Source: Alphaproteobacteria bacterium
GTDB taxonomy: Bacteria; Pseudomonadota; Alphaproteobacteria; Rhizobiales; Xanthobacteraceae
DNA length: 64,000 nucleotides
NCBI GenBank assembly: GCA_005884685.1
Contig: VBAH01000017.1
Span: forward strand, 147,152 to 211,151
Reading direction: 5' to 3'
A program made the position numbers and the translations under genes. The notes below the pieces were generated by a model. That model was given only the letters and a program-made list of their open reading frames with translations. It ran no database searches and was not told the origin of the DNA. Within the stretch, counting starts at the first letter, position 1. The number at the start of each line of letters is the position of its first letter. This document shows positions 20,935 to 31,055 of this stretch, in pieces.

Positions 20935-22061
20935 CGGGTGCCTCCCGTCTCCGGACGTTTCGTCAGCTCATTGAGCGGCAGGATCGGCACCACGCCCTGC
21001 CCCCCCGTGCCCTGCTGAGTGCCCTGGTCGAGGATGATCTTGTCGGTGCCGCCGAACACGCGCTCCATCGTTTCCAGATAGATGCGCTGGCGCGTGACCT
21101 GCGGCGCCTTCTTGTACTGCTCGTAGACCTGGCTGAAGCGCGCCGCCTGGCCGCGCGCTTCGGCAACCGTCTGCTCGCGATAGGCTTCGGCCGACTGCTG
21201 GATCTGCGCCGCACGGCCGCGCGCCTCGGGCACGACGCGGTTGGCGTAGGTCTGCGCTTCGTTCTGCGCGCGCTCGAGGTCGGCGCGCGCCGCCTGCACG
21301 TCACGGAATGAGTCGATCACCTGCGCGGGCGGGTCGACCTTCTGCATCTGTACCTGCGTGACCTGCACGCCGGCCTGGTAGCTGTCGAGCACCCGCTGCA
21401 TCAGGTCGTGCACCGCGGTCTCGATGGTCTGCCGCGCGCCGGTGAGAATCGGCTGAATGTCGGAGCGGCCGATCACCTCGCGCATCGCGCTCTCGGCGAC
21501 CGCCTTCACGGTGCCTTCGGGATTCTGGATGTTGAACAGGTAGTCGCCGGCGCCGCCGGTCTTGACCAGCCAGAACACCGACACGTCGACGTCGACGATG
21601 TTCTCGTCGCCGGTGAGCATCAGGCTCTCCTCCGGCACGTCGCGCAGCTGCGTGCCGCCGCGCCGCGGGTCCTCGATCAGCCGCATGCCGATGTCGATGC
21701 GGTTGACGCGCGTCACCTTCGGCGTGAGCACCGTCTCGACGGGATATGGCAGGTGATAGTTGAGGCCGGGCTTGGCATCGCGGGTGTACTCGCCGAAGCG
21801 CAGCACGACACCGAGCTCATCCGGCTCGACCCGGAAGAAGCCGGAGAAACCCCACACCACAACGGCAGCCAGCGCGATCAGCAGGACACCGCGGCCGCCG
21901 AGATTGCCGCCGGGCAGCACGCTTTTCAGCTTGTCCTGGCTGCGGCGCAGCAGGTCCTCGAGATCGGGCGGCGTCGGGCCGGACGACTGCGGACCCGAGC
22001 CCCAGGGGCCCTTGGAGCCTCCCGAGCCCCACGGTCCGCCGCCTTGATTACTCCATGGCAT
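20931..22061 (-). CDS. hflK: Protease modulator HflK
   Basis: MPWSNQGGGPWGSGG... Gly-rich N-terminus followed by an SPFH domain, 376 aa. Confidence 0.93.
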   Translation of the reverse strand: MPWSNQGGGPWGSGGSKGPWGSGPQSSGPTPPDLEDLLRRSQDKLKSVLPGGNLGGRGVLLIALAAVVVWGFSGFFRVEPDELGVVLRFGEYTRDAKPGLNYHLPYPVETVLTPKVTRVNRIDIGMRLIEDPRRGGTQLRDVPEESLMLTGDENIVDVDVSVFWLVKTGGAGDYLFNIQNPEGTVKAVAESAMREVIGRSDIQPILTGARQTIETAVHDLMQRVLDSYQAGVQVTQVQMQKVDPPAQVIDSFRDVQAARADLERAQNEAQTYANRVVPEARGRAAQIQQSAEAYREQTVAEARGQAARFSQVYEQYKKAPQVTRQRIYLETMERVFGGTDKIILDQGTQQGTGGQGVVPILPLNELTKRPETGGTR

Positions 22062-22181
22062 AAGAAGTCTCCTGCCCGGCGAATTCGCCGGCCGGGCGCG
22101 TTTCCCGCGAGGGGGTTATATGGGACGCCCCTGCACCTTTCAACGCACAGCGGCGCTGCGGCGTGCCGTCGCGGCGTTGCG

Positions 22182-22709
22182 TTAACGCTGCGAAGCTAGC
22201 GCGTTTACCTTCAGATAGCTCACGAAATCGCAGGCCGCCTCGTCATCCGGGCCGGCCGGGTGAGGCTCACGCGCCACCTCGCGCCAGATCGCCGGGTCGA
22301 TTGCAGGGAAGAACGAGTCCCCCTCGGGCTGCATGTGGACTTGAGTGATTGCCAGCCGGTCGGCAAGCGGCATCGTGGCGGCGTAAATCTCACCGCCGCC
22401 GGCTACCATGATCGCCTCCGCGCCGCGGCGCAGCGCATCGCCGTGCGCGGCTTGCAGGGCCGCATCGAGCGATGGCGCAACGAGCGCGCCCGGCATGGCG
22501 ATGTTGCGATCGCGGCTCACCACGATGTTGGTGCGGCCAGGGAGCGGCTTGATCGAGAGCGATTCATAGGTCTTGCGCCCCATCACCACTGGCTTGCCCA
22601 TGGTCAGCGCGCGGAAATGCTGCATGTCGGATTTTAGCCGCCAGGGCATGCGGCCGCCGCGCCCGATTGCGCCGTTCTCTGCGACCGCCGCGATGATGAC
22701 GATCTGCAT
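22182..22709 (-). CDS. folA: Dihydrofolate reductase
   Basis: MQIVIIAAVAENGAIGRGGRMPWRLKSDMQHFRALTMGKPVVMGRKTYESL. The ATG shares a base with the upstream GNAT stop. Confidence 0.93.
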   Translation of the reverse strand: MQIVIIAAVAENGAIGRGGRMPWRLKSDMQHFRALTMGKPVVMGRKTYESLSIKPLPGRTNIVVSRDRNIAMPGALVAPSLDAALQAAHGDALRRGAEAIMVAGGGEIYAATMPLADRLAITQVHMQPEGDSFFPAIDPAIWREVAREPHPAGPDDEAACDFVSYLKVNALASQR

Positions 22710-23191
22710 CAGCCGCCGTCCGCGAGGCGCTTGAGCGCCGCGCCGCTGACGCGGCAGATCGTCCACTCGGTCCGAAGCTCAGCACCGATCGATTTGTAGA
22801 ACTCGATCGAGGGCGCGTTCCAGTCGAGCACCGCCCATTCGAAGCGCGTCCATCCTTCCGCGACGCAGCGTTTCGCCAGATGCACCATCAGCCCTTTGCC
22901 GATGCCGCGCCCGCGAAACGCCGGCCGCACGAAAATGTCTTCGAGGTAAATCCCCGGCCGGCCGGTGAAGGTCGAGAAATTGAGAAACCAGATGGCGTTT
23001 CCCGCGGGCTCGCCATCCCACTCGGCGATGTCGCAGAACACACGGCGATGCGCGCCGAGCAGCGCCGCGCCGATCATCGCTTCCGTGGCTTCGCACTCGT
23101 GGCTGAGCTTCTCGTATTCGGCGAGCTCGCGCACGAACTGCAGCACAAGCGGCGCATCGCCCGGGCGCGCGGAACGGATGGTCAGCGACAT
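22709..23191 (-). CDS. GNAT-family N-acetyltransferase
   Basis: 160 aa, acetyl-CoA motif FVRPAFRGRGIGKGLM. Confidence 0.85.
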   Translation of the reverse strand: MSLTIRSARPGDAPLVLQFVRELAEYEKLSHECEATEAMIGAALLGAHRRVFCDIAEWDGEPAGNAIWFLNFSTFTGRPGIYLEDIFVRPAFRGRGIGKGLMVHLAKRCVAEGWTRFEWAVLDWNAPSIEFYKSIGAELRTEWTICRVSGAALKRLADGG

Positions 23192-23272
23192 CGGCGTTCA
23201 CGTCAGATTCCGGCTCGTGCGGCGCGGCGCGTCGGGCGCACAAAGCACCCGGCGCGATCGCCAGCAGTCTCC

Positions 23273-24781
23273 TCAGGTCTCGCTCTCGACGAACACCTCG
23301 TCGCGCTTGCCGCGGATCATCGGCAGCAGCGCCAGCAGGATCAGAATCGCCGCGATCGCCAGCAGCCCGCCGGAGATCGGCCGGGTCAGGAAGGTGGTCG
23401 GATCGCCGCGCGCGATCAGCATGGCGCGGCGCAGGTTTTCCTCCATCAGCGGCCCGAGCACGAAGCCGAGCAGCATCGGCGCCGGCTCGAATTCGGTCTT
23501 GACGAGGAAATATCCGACGAAGCCGAACACCGCGACCATGATGGCGTCGGCCGGCGCGTTGTTGATGGAATACACGCCGATCGCGCAGAAGATCAGGATC
23601 GCCGGGAACAGCAGGCGGTAGGGCACGCGCAGCAGCGAGACCCACACGCCGACCAGCGGCAGGTTGATGACGACCAGCATCAGGTTGCCGATCCACATCG
23701 AACAGATCAGGCCCCAGAACAGCTCCGGCTGCTTGGTCATCACCTGCGGCCCCGGCACGATGCCGTGGATGGTCATCGCGCCGACCATCAGCGCCATCAC
23801 GGCGTTGGGCGGGATGCCGAGCGTCAACAGCGGGATGAACGAGGTCTGCGCCGCCGCGTTGTTGGCGCTTTCCGGCGCCGCTACGCCTTCGATCGCGCCG
23901 CGCCCGAAGCGTTCCGGGTTCTTCGAGATCTTCTTCTCGAACGTATAGGCGGCGAACGACGCGATCACCGCGCCGCCGCCGGGTAGAATGCCGAGGATCG
24001 ACCCGAGGATGGTGCCGCGTCCGATCGCGCCGGCGGAGTCCTTGAAATCCTTCCAGGTCGGCATCAGGCCGGTGATCTTGGCCTCCACGATCTCGCGGCT
24101 CTCCTCCTGCTCGAGATTGCGCATGATCTCGGCATAGCCGAACACGCCCATCGCCACCGTCACGAAGCCGATGCCGTCGGCAAGCTCCGGAATGTCGAAC
24201 GCCATGCGCGACTGCCCGGTCTCGATGTCGGAGCCGACGCAGGAGAGCAATAGCCCGAGCATCACCATCGCGATCGCTTTCAGGATCGAGCCCTTGGCGA
24301 GCACGACTGCGAAGACGAGGCCGAGTACCATCAGCGAGAAATATTCCGCCGGGCCGAATTTCAGCGCGAGCGCGGTGAGCGGCACGCCGAGCGCCGCGAC
24401 CAACACGGTGGAAAAGCAGCCCGCGATGAACGAGCCGATGGCGGCGATCGCGAGCGCGGGGCCGGCGCGGCCCTGCTTTGCCATCTGGTGGCCGTCAAGC
24501 GCAGTCACCACCGAGGACGATTCACCCGGAATGTTGATCAGGATCGAGGTGGTCGAGCCGCCGTACTGCGCGCCGTAGTAGATGCCGGCGAGCATGATCA
24601 GCGCGCCAACCGGAGGCAGCCCGAAGGTGATCGGCAGCAGCATCGCGATGGTGGCGAGCGGGCCGATGCCCGGGAGCACGCCGATCAGCGTGCCGACCAG
24701 CGCGCCGATGAGGCACAGCAGCAGATTCATCGGCGTGACGGCGACGCCGAAGCCGAACCAGAGATTTTGAATGAGATCCAT
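23273..24781 (-). CDS. tctA: Tripartite tricarboxylate transporter large permease TctA
   Basis: 502-aa polytopic protein with the TctA N-terminus MDLIQNLWFGFGVAVTPMNLL... Confidence 0.9.
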   Translation of the reverse strand: MDLIQNLWFGFGVAVTPMNLLLCLIGALVGTLIGVLPGIGPLATIAMLLPITFGLPPVGALIMLAGIYYGAQYGGSTTSILINIPGESSSVVTALDGHQMAKQGRAGPALAIAAIGSFIAGCFSTVLVAALGVPLTALALKFGPAEYFSLMVLGLVFAVVLAKGSILKAIAMVMLGLLLSCVGSDIETGQSRMAFDIPELADGIGFVTVAMGVFGYAEIMRNLEQEESREIVEAKITGLMPTWKDFKDSAGAIGRGTILGSILGILPGGGAVIASFAAYTFEKKISKNPERFGRGAIEGVAAPESANNAAAQTSFIPLLTLGIPPNAVMALMVGAMTIHGIVPGPQVMTKQPELFWGLICSMWIGNLMLVVINLPLVGVWVSLLRVPYRLLFPAILIFCAIGVYSINNAPADAIMVAVFGFVGYFLVKTEFEPAPMLLGFVLGPLMEENLRRAMLIARGDPTTFLTRPISGGLLAIAAILILLALLPMIRGKRDEVFVESET

Positions 24782-24795
24782 GTGTCACCGCCGCT

Positions 24796-25455
24796 CTAGA
24801 ACCGGGGCCAAAGCTGAAGTGGCAAATTGAGGCCGTAGGGAAAGAGCACCGCACAGAACGTGGTCAGGACCGCGCACCAGATCAGCGTTTCGATCCAGTG
24901 CACCTCCTTGGTGGCGTTGGCCGAGATCACCAGCGACACGTAGCTCGCGATCACGAGGCCGAGCGGGCGCACCGCGATGGCGAAGATGATGGTCGCGGCG
25001 GTGATGAACAGCGGTCCGCGCGGCGCAAGGTGGGTGAGCAAGAAGGCGAGCACCACGACCACGATCGTGCCGGCCGCGGCGAGCACCACATCGTGCGATA
25101 CGCCCGGAACCATCTTTCCGATTTGCGCAGCGAAGAAATAGATTGGGATCAGCGCGACCACCAGCACGGCGCCGCCGAAAGTTCCCGAGAAGGTGAAGTC
25201 CTCCAGCGGGGGCCCGTCGGTCAGGAAGCCGGTCAGCATCACACCGAAACCAAGCGCCATCAGGCAATAGGCGAACATGCGCGGCGCGGTCCCCGGACCG
25301 AAGGCGAAGCCGCGCATGCCGGGCAGATCGCTCGAGGCCCAGATCGCGAAGACCGCCACCGCGACCAGCGCAAGGCCGCCCCAGAAATCGCGTGGACTGC
25401 GGATCAGCCGACGGCTGTCCGGCGCCTGCGCGGCGCCTCCGGTCCCCTCAGACAT
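24796..25455 (-). CDS. tctB: Tripartite tricarboxylate transporter small permease TctB
   Basis: About 219 aa, 4-5 TM helices, immediately upstream of tctA. Start trimmed to MSEGTGG. Confidence 0.75.
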   Translation of the reverse strand: MSEGTGGAAQAPDSRRLIRSPRDFWGGLALVAVAVFAIWASSDLPGMRGFAFGPGTAPRMFAYCLMALGFGVMLTGFLTDGPPLEDFTFSGTFGGAVLVVALIPIYFFAAQIGKMVPGVSHDVVLAAAGTIVVVVLAFLLTHLAPRGPLFITAATIIFAIAVRPLGLVIASYVSLVISANATKEVHWIETLIWCAVLTTFCAVLFPYGLNLPLQLWPRF

Positions 25456-25620
25456 AATCCCCTCTCCGAATTCTGGAAGGTTGGCCACGCTGTTTGAGAT
25501 CGCGTGTTGTCCCTTGCCTAGCACAGTCGCCCCGCCCGTGGCGAACAAAAGCGGCAAAAGCGCACACCGTCAACGACGAAATATTGTCCTGTGGTGTGAG
25601 GCGGTTGGCGGGCGCGAGGT

Positions 25621-27210
25621 TTACGCAGTGGGCGCGAGCGCCGCGCGCAGATTCTCGATCAGCGAGGCCAGCGTGCCCGCATCGCGAGCGGTTCCGTAGA
25701 CGTAGAAGTCCGGGCGCAGCATGACCGCCGCTGCGTCATGCGCGGCAAACCAGGCGGCAAGATCGCCGGTGTCGTCGCTCAGCGCCGCAGATACGCCCGA
25801 GGCATCGTCGATCGCGAACACCCGGACGCCGAGGCGATCGAGGGAGCCGCGTTGGGCATCGCTCAAGCCGTGCAGCACGCCCGGTGAACTCGCCAGCAGA
25901 ACAAACCCGCCGCCGGTCGCGTCGTCGAGCAATGTGCGGCGGCCTCGGTACGCGACATAAGGCTGGATGAAGCGCGCTCCGGTGCCCGGAGCGCCGGACG
26001 GGTCGACGACCCCGGCGCGGAGCGGCGGAATGAGGTCGCTTGCGCTTGCCACCACGGGCTTGCCCATCGCGGCGCGCAGCGCTGCATCGCGCTTGGCCGC
26101 CGCCGCCGGATCGCGCTCGCAAATGTAGCGGCCGGCGCCGATCGCAGCCTCGATCACGGCGCGCACATGCGGCGCGCGCTCCGGCTGATACGACTCGAGC
26201 AGGCGCGGGTCAGCGCCGCCGCGCAGCACCGCCTTGAGCTTCCAGGCGAGGTTCGCGACGTCGCGAAAGCCGTGGCACATCCCCTGGCCGAAGAACGGCG
26301 GCGTCTGGTGCGCGGCATCGCCGGCAAGGAAGACGCGTTCGCTCTGCCAGCGCTCCGCGACCAGCCCGTGAAAGCGGTAGGTCGCGGCGCGGATGACGCG
26401 CGACCTAGCGTTGCGCACATAGGGCGCGACCAGCGCCTCGACGATAGCGGGCTGCATCATTGCGTCATCACGCTCGCCCGGGAGCAGCATGAACTCCCAG
26501 CGGCGGTGATTGCGGCGCCCGGGAACCAGGGTCGCGGGCCGCTGCGGATCGCACAGCATCACCGAAAGGTGCGAGAGCTCCGCGCCCGCCGGCACGCCGG
26601 AGAAGTCCGGGAATGTGATCGGCCCGTCGACCTCGGCATCGACCACGAGCCAAGGCTCATGAAACTGCATATCGTCGAGCGCAATGCCGAGCGCCTTGCG
26701 GACAAAACTGTTCGCACCGTCGCAGGCGACGACGTAACGCGCCGTGACGGCCCGGGCGTCAGCTAGCGTCAAGGTCACACTATCCGGCGTTTGCTCCAGC
26801 GCCGTCAGCCCTGCGCCGCGGCGCAGCGCGACATGCGCAAAGCGCGCAAGACCTTCGACCATCGCGGCTTCGAGCTCGGGCTGGAAGAAGAAGTAGTCGT
26901 TTGCCCAGCCGAAGCGCTTCGGCAGTCCCTTCGAGCCGAGATAGCGGATCACGCCGCCGTCCGCGCCGATATGGATATGCCCGTGCGCCTCGCGCATCAG
27001 CGGCAGCACGGCTTGCGCGAGCCCGGCCGATTGAAAGATGCGCATCATCTCGTGGTCGATATGCACTGCGCGCGGCAGCGGATAGGGCGCGGCCTCGCGC
27101 TCGATCACCAGCGTGCGCAGGCCCGCCTGCCCGAACAGATTCGCCGCGATCGCGCCGACCGGGCCGCATCCGACAACCGCGACCTCGCAGTCGAACTCCG
27201 CCGCGTTCAT
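25621..27210 (-). CDS. FAD-dependent aromatic-ring monooxygenase (MhpA/PheA-TfdB-like)
   Basis: GxGxxG VAVVGCGPVGAIAANL..., ...FLAGDAAHQTPPFFGQGM... Start trimmed to MNAAEFD (27210), forming an ATGA overlap with the dioxygenase stop. Confidence 0.85.
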   Translation of the reverse strand: MNAAEFDCEVAVVGCGPVGAIAANLFGQAGLRTLVIEREAAPYPLPRAVHIDHEMMRIFQSAGLAQAVLPLMREAHGHIHIGADGGVIRYLGSKGLPKRFGWANDYFFFQPELEAAMVEGLARFAHVALRRGAGLTALEQTPDSVTLTLADARAVTARYVVACDGANSFVRKALGIALDDMQFHEPWLVVDAEVDGPITFPDFSGVPAGAELSHLSVMLCDPQRPATLVPGRRNHRRWEFMLLPGERDDAMMQPAIVEALVAPYVRNARSRVIRAATYRFHGLVAERWQSERVFLAGDAAHQTPPFFGQGMCHGFRDVANLAWKLKAVLRGGADPRLLESYQPERAPHVRAVIEAAIGAGRYICERDPAAAAKRDAALRAAMGKPVVASASDLIPPLRAGVVDPSGAPGTGARFIQPYVAYRGRRTLLDDATGGGFVLLASSPGVLHGLSDAQRGSLDRLGVRVFAIDDASGVSAALSDDTGDLAAWFAAHDAAAVMLRPDFYVYGTARDAGTLASLIENLRAALAPTA

Positions 27211-28109
27211 GTGCGGTCGCCGTCGTTCGAAAACCCGAACAGCTGCTGGATGCGCGCGAGCCTCGGCGTCGGCGGATCGGTCACGCCCCACTGATCGCTG
27301 CGGCCCGGCGGGAATTTCCAGAACTCCGGCCCGTGCGGCTGATAGCTGTCGTCGATCTGCAGCACCTCCGCCGTATACTCGAGCGGGATTTCCTCCGGCC
27401 CGGCGAAGTAGGCGAACACGTTGTTGCCCGGCCCATGCCGGCCGACACCCCATTCGACCGGATAACCGGCGTCGCGCATGCGCCCTGCCCCACGCATCAC
27501 CGAGTCGAGATCGATCATGTCGAAGGCGATGTGGTTGAGCGTGGCGTTCTCGTGCTTCACCAGCGCGAGCGAGAAATGATCCGGGCAGGCCGCGTGCAGG
27601 AAGCGCGCGCGTACCGTTTCGTCGATCAGCCGGAAGCCGAGCACGTCGCACATGAAGCGCGTGGCGGCGTCGTAGTCCGCCGCGTTGAGGTTGATGTGCG
27701 TGACCTTGTGCGGCCGGTCCGGCGCAGGCGCCTCCGCGTGCGTCTCGCCGCCGCATGCCACGCCAAGGTTGCGCCCTTCCGGATCCTTGCAGCCGAACCC
27801 GTAACCGCCGCCCGGCGCGTCGAACTCATGCGGCGCTTCGCATGCGACGCCGCTCGCCCTGACGCGCGCATGCAGCGCATCGACCGCGGCGTGATCCGCC
27901 GCGTCGAACATCACACGCCGGATCGCCGGCAGCGCCGCCGCATGCAGGCTCAGGATATGGTGATACGCGCTCGTGCCGCGCAAACAGCGCGCGTCGCCTG
28001 CGTGCGCGACCGGCGTGAGATTCCACACGTCCGCATAGAACGCGGCCGCTTCGTCGATCGCGCAGACATCGATCGCGACGCTGCGGATGCCGCGCACGCG
28101 GACGGTCAT
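27207..28109 (-). CDS. Type I extradiol ring-cleavage dioxygenase (VOC superfamily)
   Basis: 300 aa, two-module VOC fold with a HINLN...HIAFD...EY pattern. Confidence 0.8.
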   Translation of the reverse strand: MTVRVRGIRSVAIDVCAIDEAAAFYADVWNLTPVAHAGDARCLRGTSAYHHILSLHAAALPAIRRVMFDAADHAAVDALHARVRASGVACEAPHEFDAPGGGYGFGCKDPEGRNLGVACGGETHAEAPAPDRPHKVTHINLNAADYDAATRFMCDVLGFRLIDETVRARFLHAACPDHFSLALVKHENATLNHIAFDMIDLDSVMRGAGRMRDAGYPVEWGVGRHGPGNNVFAYFAGPEEIPLEYTAEVLQIDDSYQPHGPEFWKFPPGRSDQWGVTDPPTPRLARIQQLFGFSNDGDRT

Positions 28110-28112
28110 GGC

Positions 28113-29084
28113 TTACTGCGGCTCAATGCCGAGCTCCTGCGTGGTCCTGGCCCACAGCGCGAGCTGCGCCTTGAGGAATTCCGCGGCATCCTCGGGCGAG
28201 CCGACCCCTTTCGGATCGAGCTCGAAGCCGAGCTTGGGCGCAAGCTCGCGCACCTGCGTGTCGCGCGCGGCTTCCGCGACCGCGCCGTTGAGCTTGTTCA
28301 CGATCTCGCCCGGCGTTCCGGCCGGCGCCATCACCATGAACCAGCCGGAGAAATCGAAGCCGGGCAGAGTTTCGGCCGCGGCCGGCACGTCGGGCGCGGC
28401 GACCAGGCGATGGGTCGAGGCGGTCGCGAGCGCGCGGAGCGCGCCCGAGCGCACATGCGCCTCCACGATCGAAGCCGAGAAGATGCCGGTTTGCGTGCGC
28501 CCGGTAATCGTGTCCTGCAGCCCGTTGTTGATGTTCACCGAGGGGATCAGCACAAACTGGGTGCCGGCGCGCTTGTTCAGCGCCTGCGCGGTGACGCCGG
28601 CAAGGTTGCGCGCGCCGTCGACCGACATCGAGATCTTGCCCGGATCCTTCTTGTCGAGCGCGATCAGCTCGGCGAGCGTTTTCGCCGGCACATCCGGATG
28701 CGCCACGATCACCTGATGGCTGCGCGTGACCAGCGCGACCGGCACGAAGTCCTTCACCGGGTCGTAGCTGAGATTCTTCACCATGTACGGATTGGTCACC
28801 AGCGCGGCGGATGTCGCAAAGAAGAAGGTGTAGCCGTCCGGCGCGGCGCGCGCGGCGGCCTGCGCGCCGATCACATTGCCGGCGCCCGGCTTGTTCTCGA
28901 TGATCACCTGCTGCCCGAGCGGTGCGGCGAGCTTGGTCGCGATCATGCGCGCCATCACGTCCGGGCTGGCGCCGGCCGACTGCGAGACGATGAACGTCAC
29001 CGGCCGCTGCGGCCAGCTTTGCGCGGCGGCGGGCGCCACCGCTGCCAGCAAGGCCATCCCAATCAACGCTCCCGATCCGCGCAT
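28113..29084 (-). CDS. Bug-family (TctC-like) periplasmic substrate-binding protein
   Basis: Signal peptide MRGSGALIGMALLAAVAPAAAQSWPQRPVTFIV..., ...ENKPGAGN... is typical of the Bug family. Start trimmed. Confidence 0.85.
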   Translation of the reverse strand: MRGSGALIGMALLAAVAPAAAQSWPQRPVTFIVSQSAGASPDVMARMIATKLAAPLGQQVIIENKPGAGNVIGAQAAARAAPDGYTFFFATSAALVTNPYMVKNLSYDPVKDFVPVALVTRSHQVIVAHPDVPAKTLAELIALDKKDPGKISMSVDGARNLAGVTAQALNKRAGTQFVLIPSVNINNGLQDTITGRTQTGIFSASIVEAHVRSGALRALATASTHRLVAAPDVPAAAETLPGFDFSGWFMVMAPAGTPGEIVNKLNGAVAEAARDTQVRELAPKLGFELDPKGVGSPEDAAEFLKAQLALWARTTQELGIEPQ

Positions 29085-29244
29085 GCAGGTCCTCCCCGAT
29101 TTCGCCGGGGTGATAGCATATCGTCGCGCGGGCGGAAGAGCGCGGAGCGCGCATGCGTTCTGCGCTCTTCCCGGGGACCATCGGTCCCTGTACACAGAGC
29201 CGGGTACAAGGGCGTGGGGGGATCCCTGGTCAAGAGAGATCCCA

Positions 29245-30039
29245 ATGACAAGGCTTCAGTGTTTCAACATCGCCGGACTCGGGCTCGCTGCGCTGATCGG
29301 CTGCGCCGGGCAGGCCTCGGCCGCACAATGCGGAAATTCCGCGGGCGGCTTCGAGAGCTGGAAGCAGCAGTTTGCCGCCGAGGCGCGCGGTCAAGGCATC
29401 GGCGCCGCCGGCATCGCGGCGCTGATGCAGACCAGTTACGCGCAGGCGACCATCAATGCCGACCGCGGCCAGCGCAGCTTCCGCCTGTCGCTGCCCGAGT
29501 TTCTTGCCAAGCGCGGCGCGGCGACGATCGTGGCGCGCGGCCGCTCGCTGAGGCAATCCCAGGCCGCGCTGTTCGACGGCATCGAGCAGCGCTATGGCGT
29601 GCCGCCCGGGCCGCTGATCGCCATCTGGGGGATGGAGACGGCGTTCGGCAGCCAGCGCGGCAACCAGAACGCACTCTCGTCGGTTGCGACGCTCGCCTAC
29701 GACTGCCGCCGTCCGGAGTATTTCACCGACCAGCTTTACGCCGCGCTGAAGCTGGTCGACCGCGGCGTGATGTCTGCGAGCACGCGCGGCTCGATGCACG
29801 GCGAGATCGGGCAGACCCAGTTCCTGCCGAAAAGCATCCTGAATTACGGCACCGGCAATCTCGACGTTGCGGCGAACGCGCTCACCTCGACGGCGAATTT
29901 TTTGAAAGCGCACGGCTGGAAGGCCGGCGCCGGCTATCAGCCGGGCGAGCCGAATTACGCCGCGATCCAGGCCTGGAATGCCGCCACGGTGTACCAGCAA
30001 GCGATCGCCCAGATGGGCCGGCAGATCGACGGGCGCTAA
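29245..30039 (+). CDS. Lytic murein transglycosylase (MltB-like)
   Basis: Signal peptide followed by ...IWGMETAFG...GEIGQTQFLP... Start trimmed to MTRLQCF; the track ORF is over-extended. Confidence 0.85.
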   Translation: MTRLQCFNIAGLGLAALIGCAGQASAAQCGNSAGGFESWKQQFAAEARGQGIGAAGIAALMQTSYAQATINADRGQRSFRLSLPEFLAKRGAATIVARGRSLRQSQAALFDGIEQRYGVPPGPLIAIWGMETAFGSQRGNQNALSSVATLAYDCRRPEYFTDQLYAALKLVDRGVMSASTRGSMHGEIGQTQFLPKSILNYGTGNLDVAANALTSTANFLKAHGWKAGAGYQPGEPNYAAIQAWNAATVYQQAIAQMGRQIDGR

Positions 30040-30194
30040 GGCTGCACGGCGTTGCGCAATTGGATCGAAGTATCCCGCGATAAACCTTTGGCGAATGGCG
30101 CCGTGGGGTGATCCGGCCTGTCATCGAACCCGGCCGTTGACCCGCGCTTCGAGGCTCTCTCGCAAGGCGTCGTCCGGCTGTCTGGTGAGCCGGG

Positions 30195-31055
30195 ATGTTG
30201 CGAGACAAAGACGTTTTCGAGGCGGCAAAACGCCGTTCCAGGAAGCACGACGGCGTCGAAGACCCAGCGCCCGCCGGCAAGATCGGTGCCAAGGAATTCG
30301 AGAAGCAGCTCGGCAAGCTGCAGGCCGAGCTCGTGCGCCTGCAGAACTGGGTGCAGGCCAAGAAAGCGCGCGTCGTCGTGGTGTTCGAAGGCCGCGACAC
30401 CGCCGGCAAGGGCGGCGTGATCAGCCGGATCACCGAGCGCACGAGCCCGCGCGTCTACCGGCACGTGGCGCTGCCCGCGCCCTCCGACCGCGAGAAGACT
30501 CAAATCTACATGCAACGTTACATCGCGCAATTTCCCGCCTCCGGTGAGATCATCCTGTTCGACCGCTCCTGGTACAACCGCGCCGGAGTCGAGCACGTGA
30601 TGGGTTTCTGCAGCGACGAGCAATATGAGCGGTTCCTGCAGCTGGCGCCGATCGTCGAGCGCGAGATGATCGTGCGCAACGGTATCATCCTGCGGAAATA
30701 TTTTCTCGATGTCAGCCAGGACGAGCAGCGCCGCCGCTTCGAGGCGAGAATCAAGGAGCCGGTCAAGCACTGGAAGCTGAGCCCGATGGACACCGAGTCG
30801 GTGCGGCGCTGGTGGGACTACACGGCGGCCTACCAGCGCATGATCGAAGCGACGCACACGCCCGACGCGCCCTGGCACATCGTGCCGGCCGACGACAAGC
30901 GCCGCGCCCGGCTGAACCTGATCCGCCACCTGCTCGACAGCATCCCGTACAAGAAGGTGGATATCGACCTGCCGAAAATTCCCAAGGCCCAGCCGCGGCC
31001 CAAGGGCGCTGCGCGCGATATCGAGGCCGGACAGGCGATCCCGCAGCACTATTAA
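30195..31055 (+). CDS. ppk2: Polyphosphate kinase 2
   Basis: ...VVVFEGRDTAGKGGVISRI...FDRSWYNRAGVEHVMGF... is the PPK2 signature. Confidence 0.92.
   Translation: MLRDKDVFEAAKRRSRKHDGVEDPAPAGKIGAKEFEKQLGKLQAELVRLQNWVQAKKARVVVVFEGRDTAGKGGVISRITERTSPRVYRHVALPAPSDREKTQIYMQRYIAQFPASGEIILFDRSWYNRAGVEHVMGFCSDEQYERFLQLAPIVEREMIVRNGIILRKYFLDVSQDEQRRRFEARIKEPVKHWKLSPMDTESVRRWWDYTAAYQRMIEATHTPDAPWHIVPADDKRRARLNLIRHLLDSIPYKKVDIDLPKIPKAQPRPKGAARDIEAGQAIPQHY

Noticed and set aside
30118-30124. PHO-box half site CTGTCAT upstream of ppk2
   Set aside because: Only one half-site is present; the expected second repeat 11 bp away is absent.
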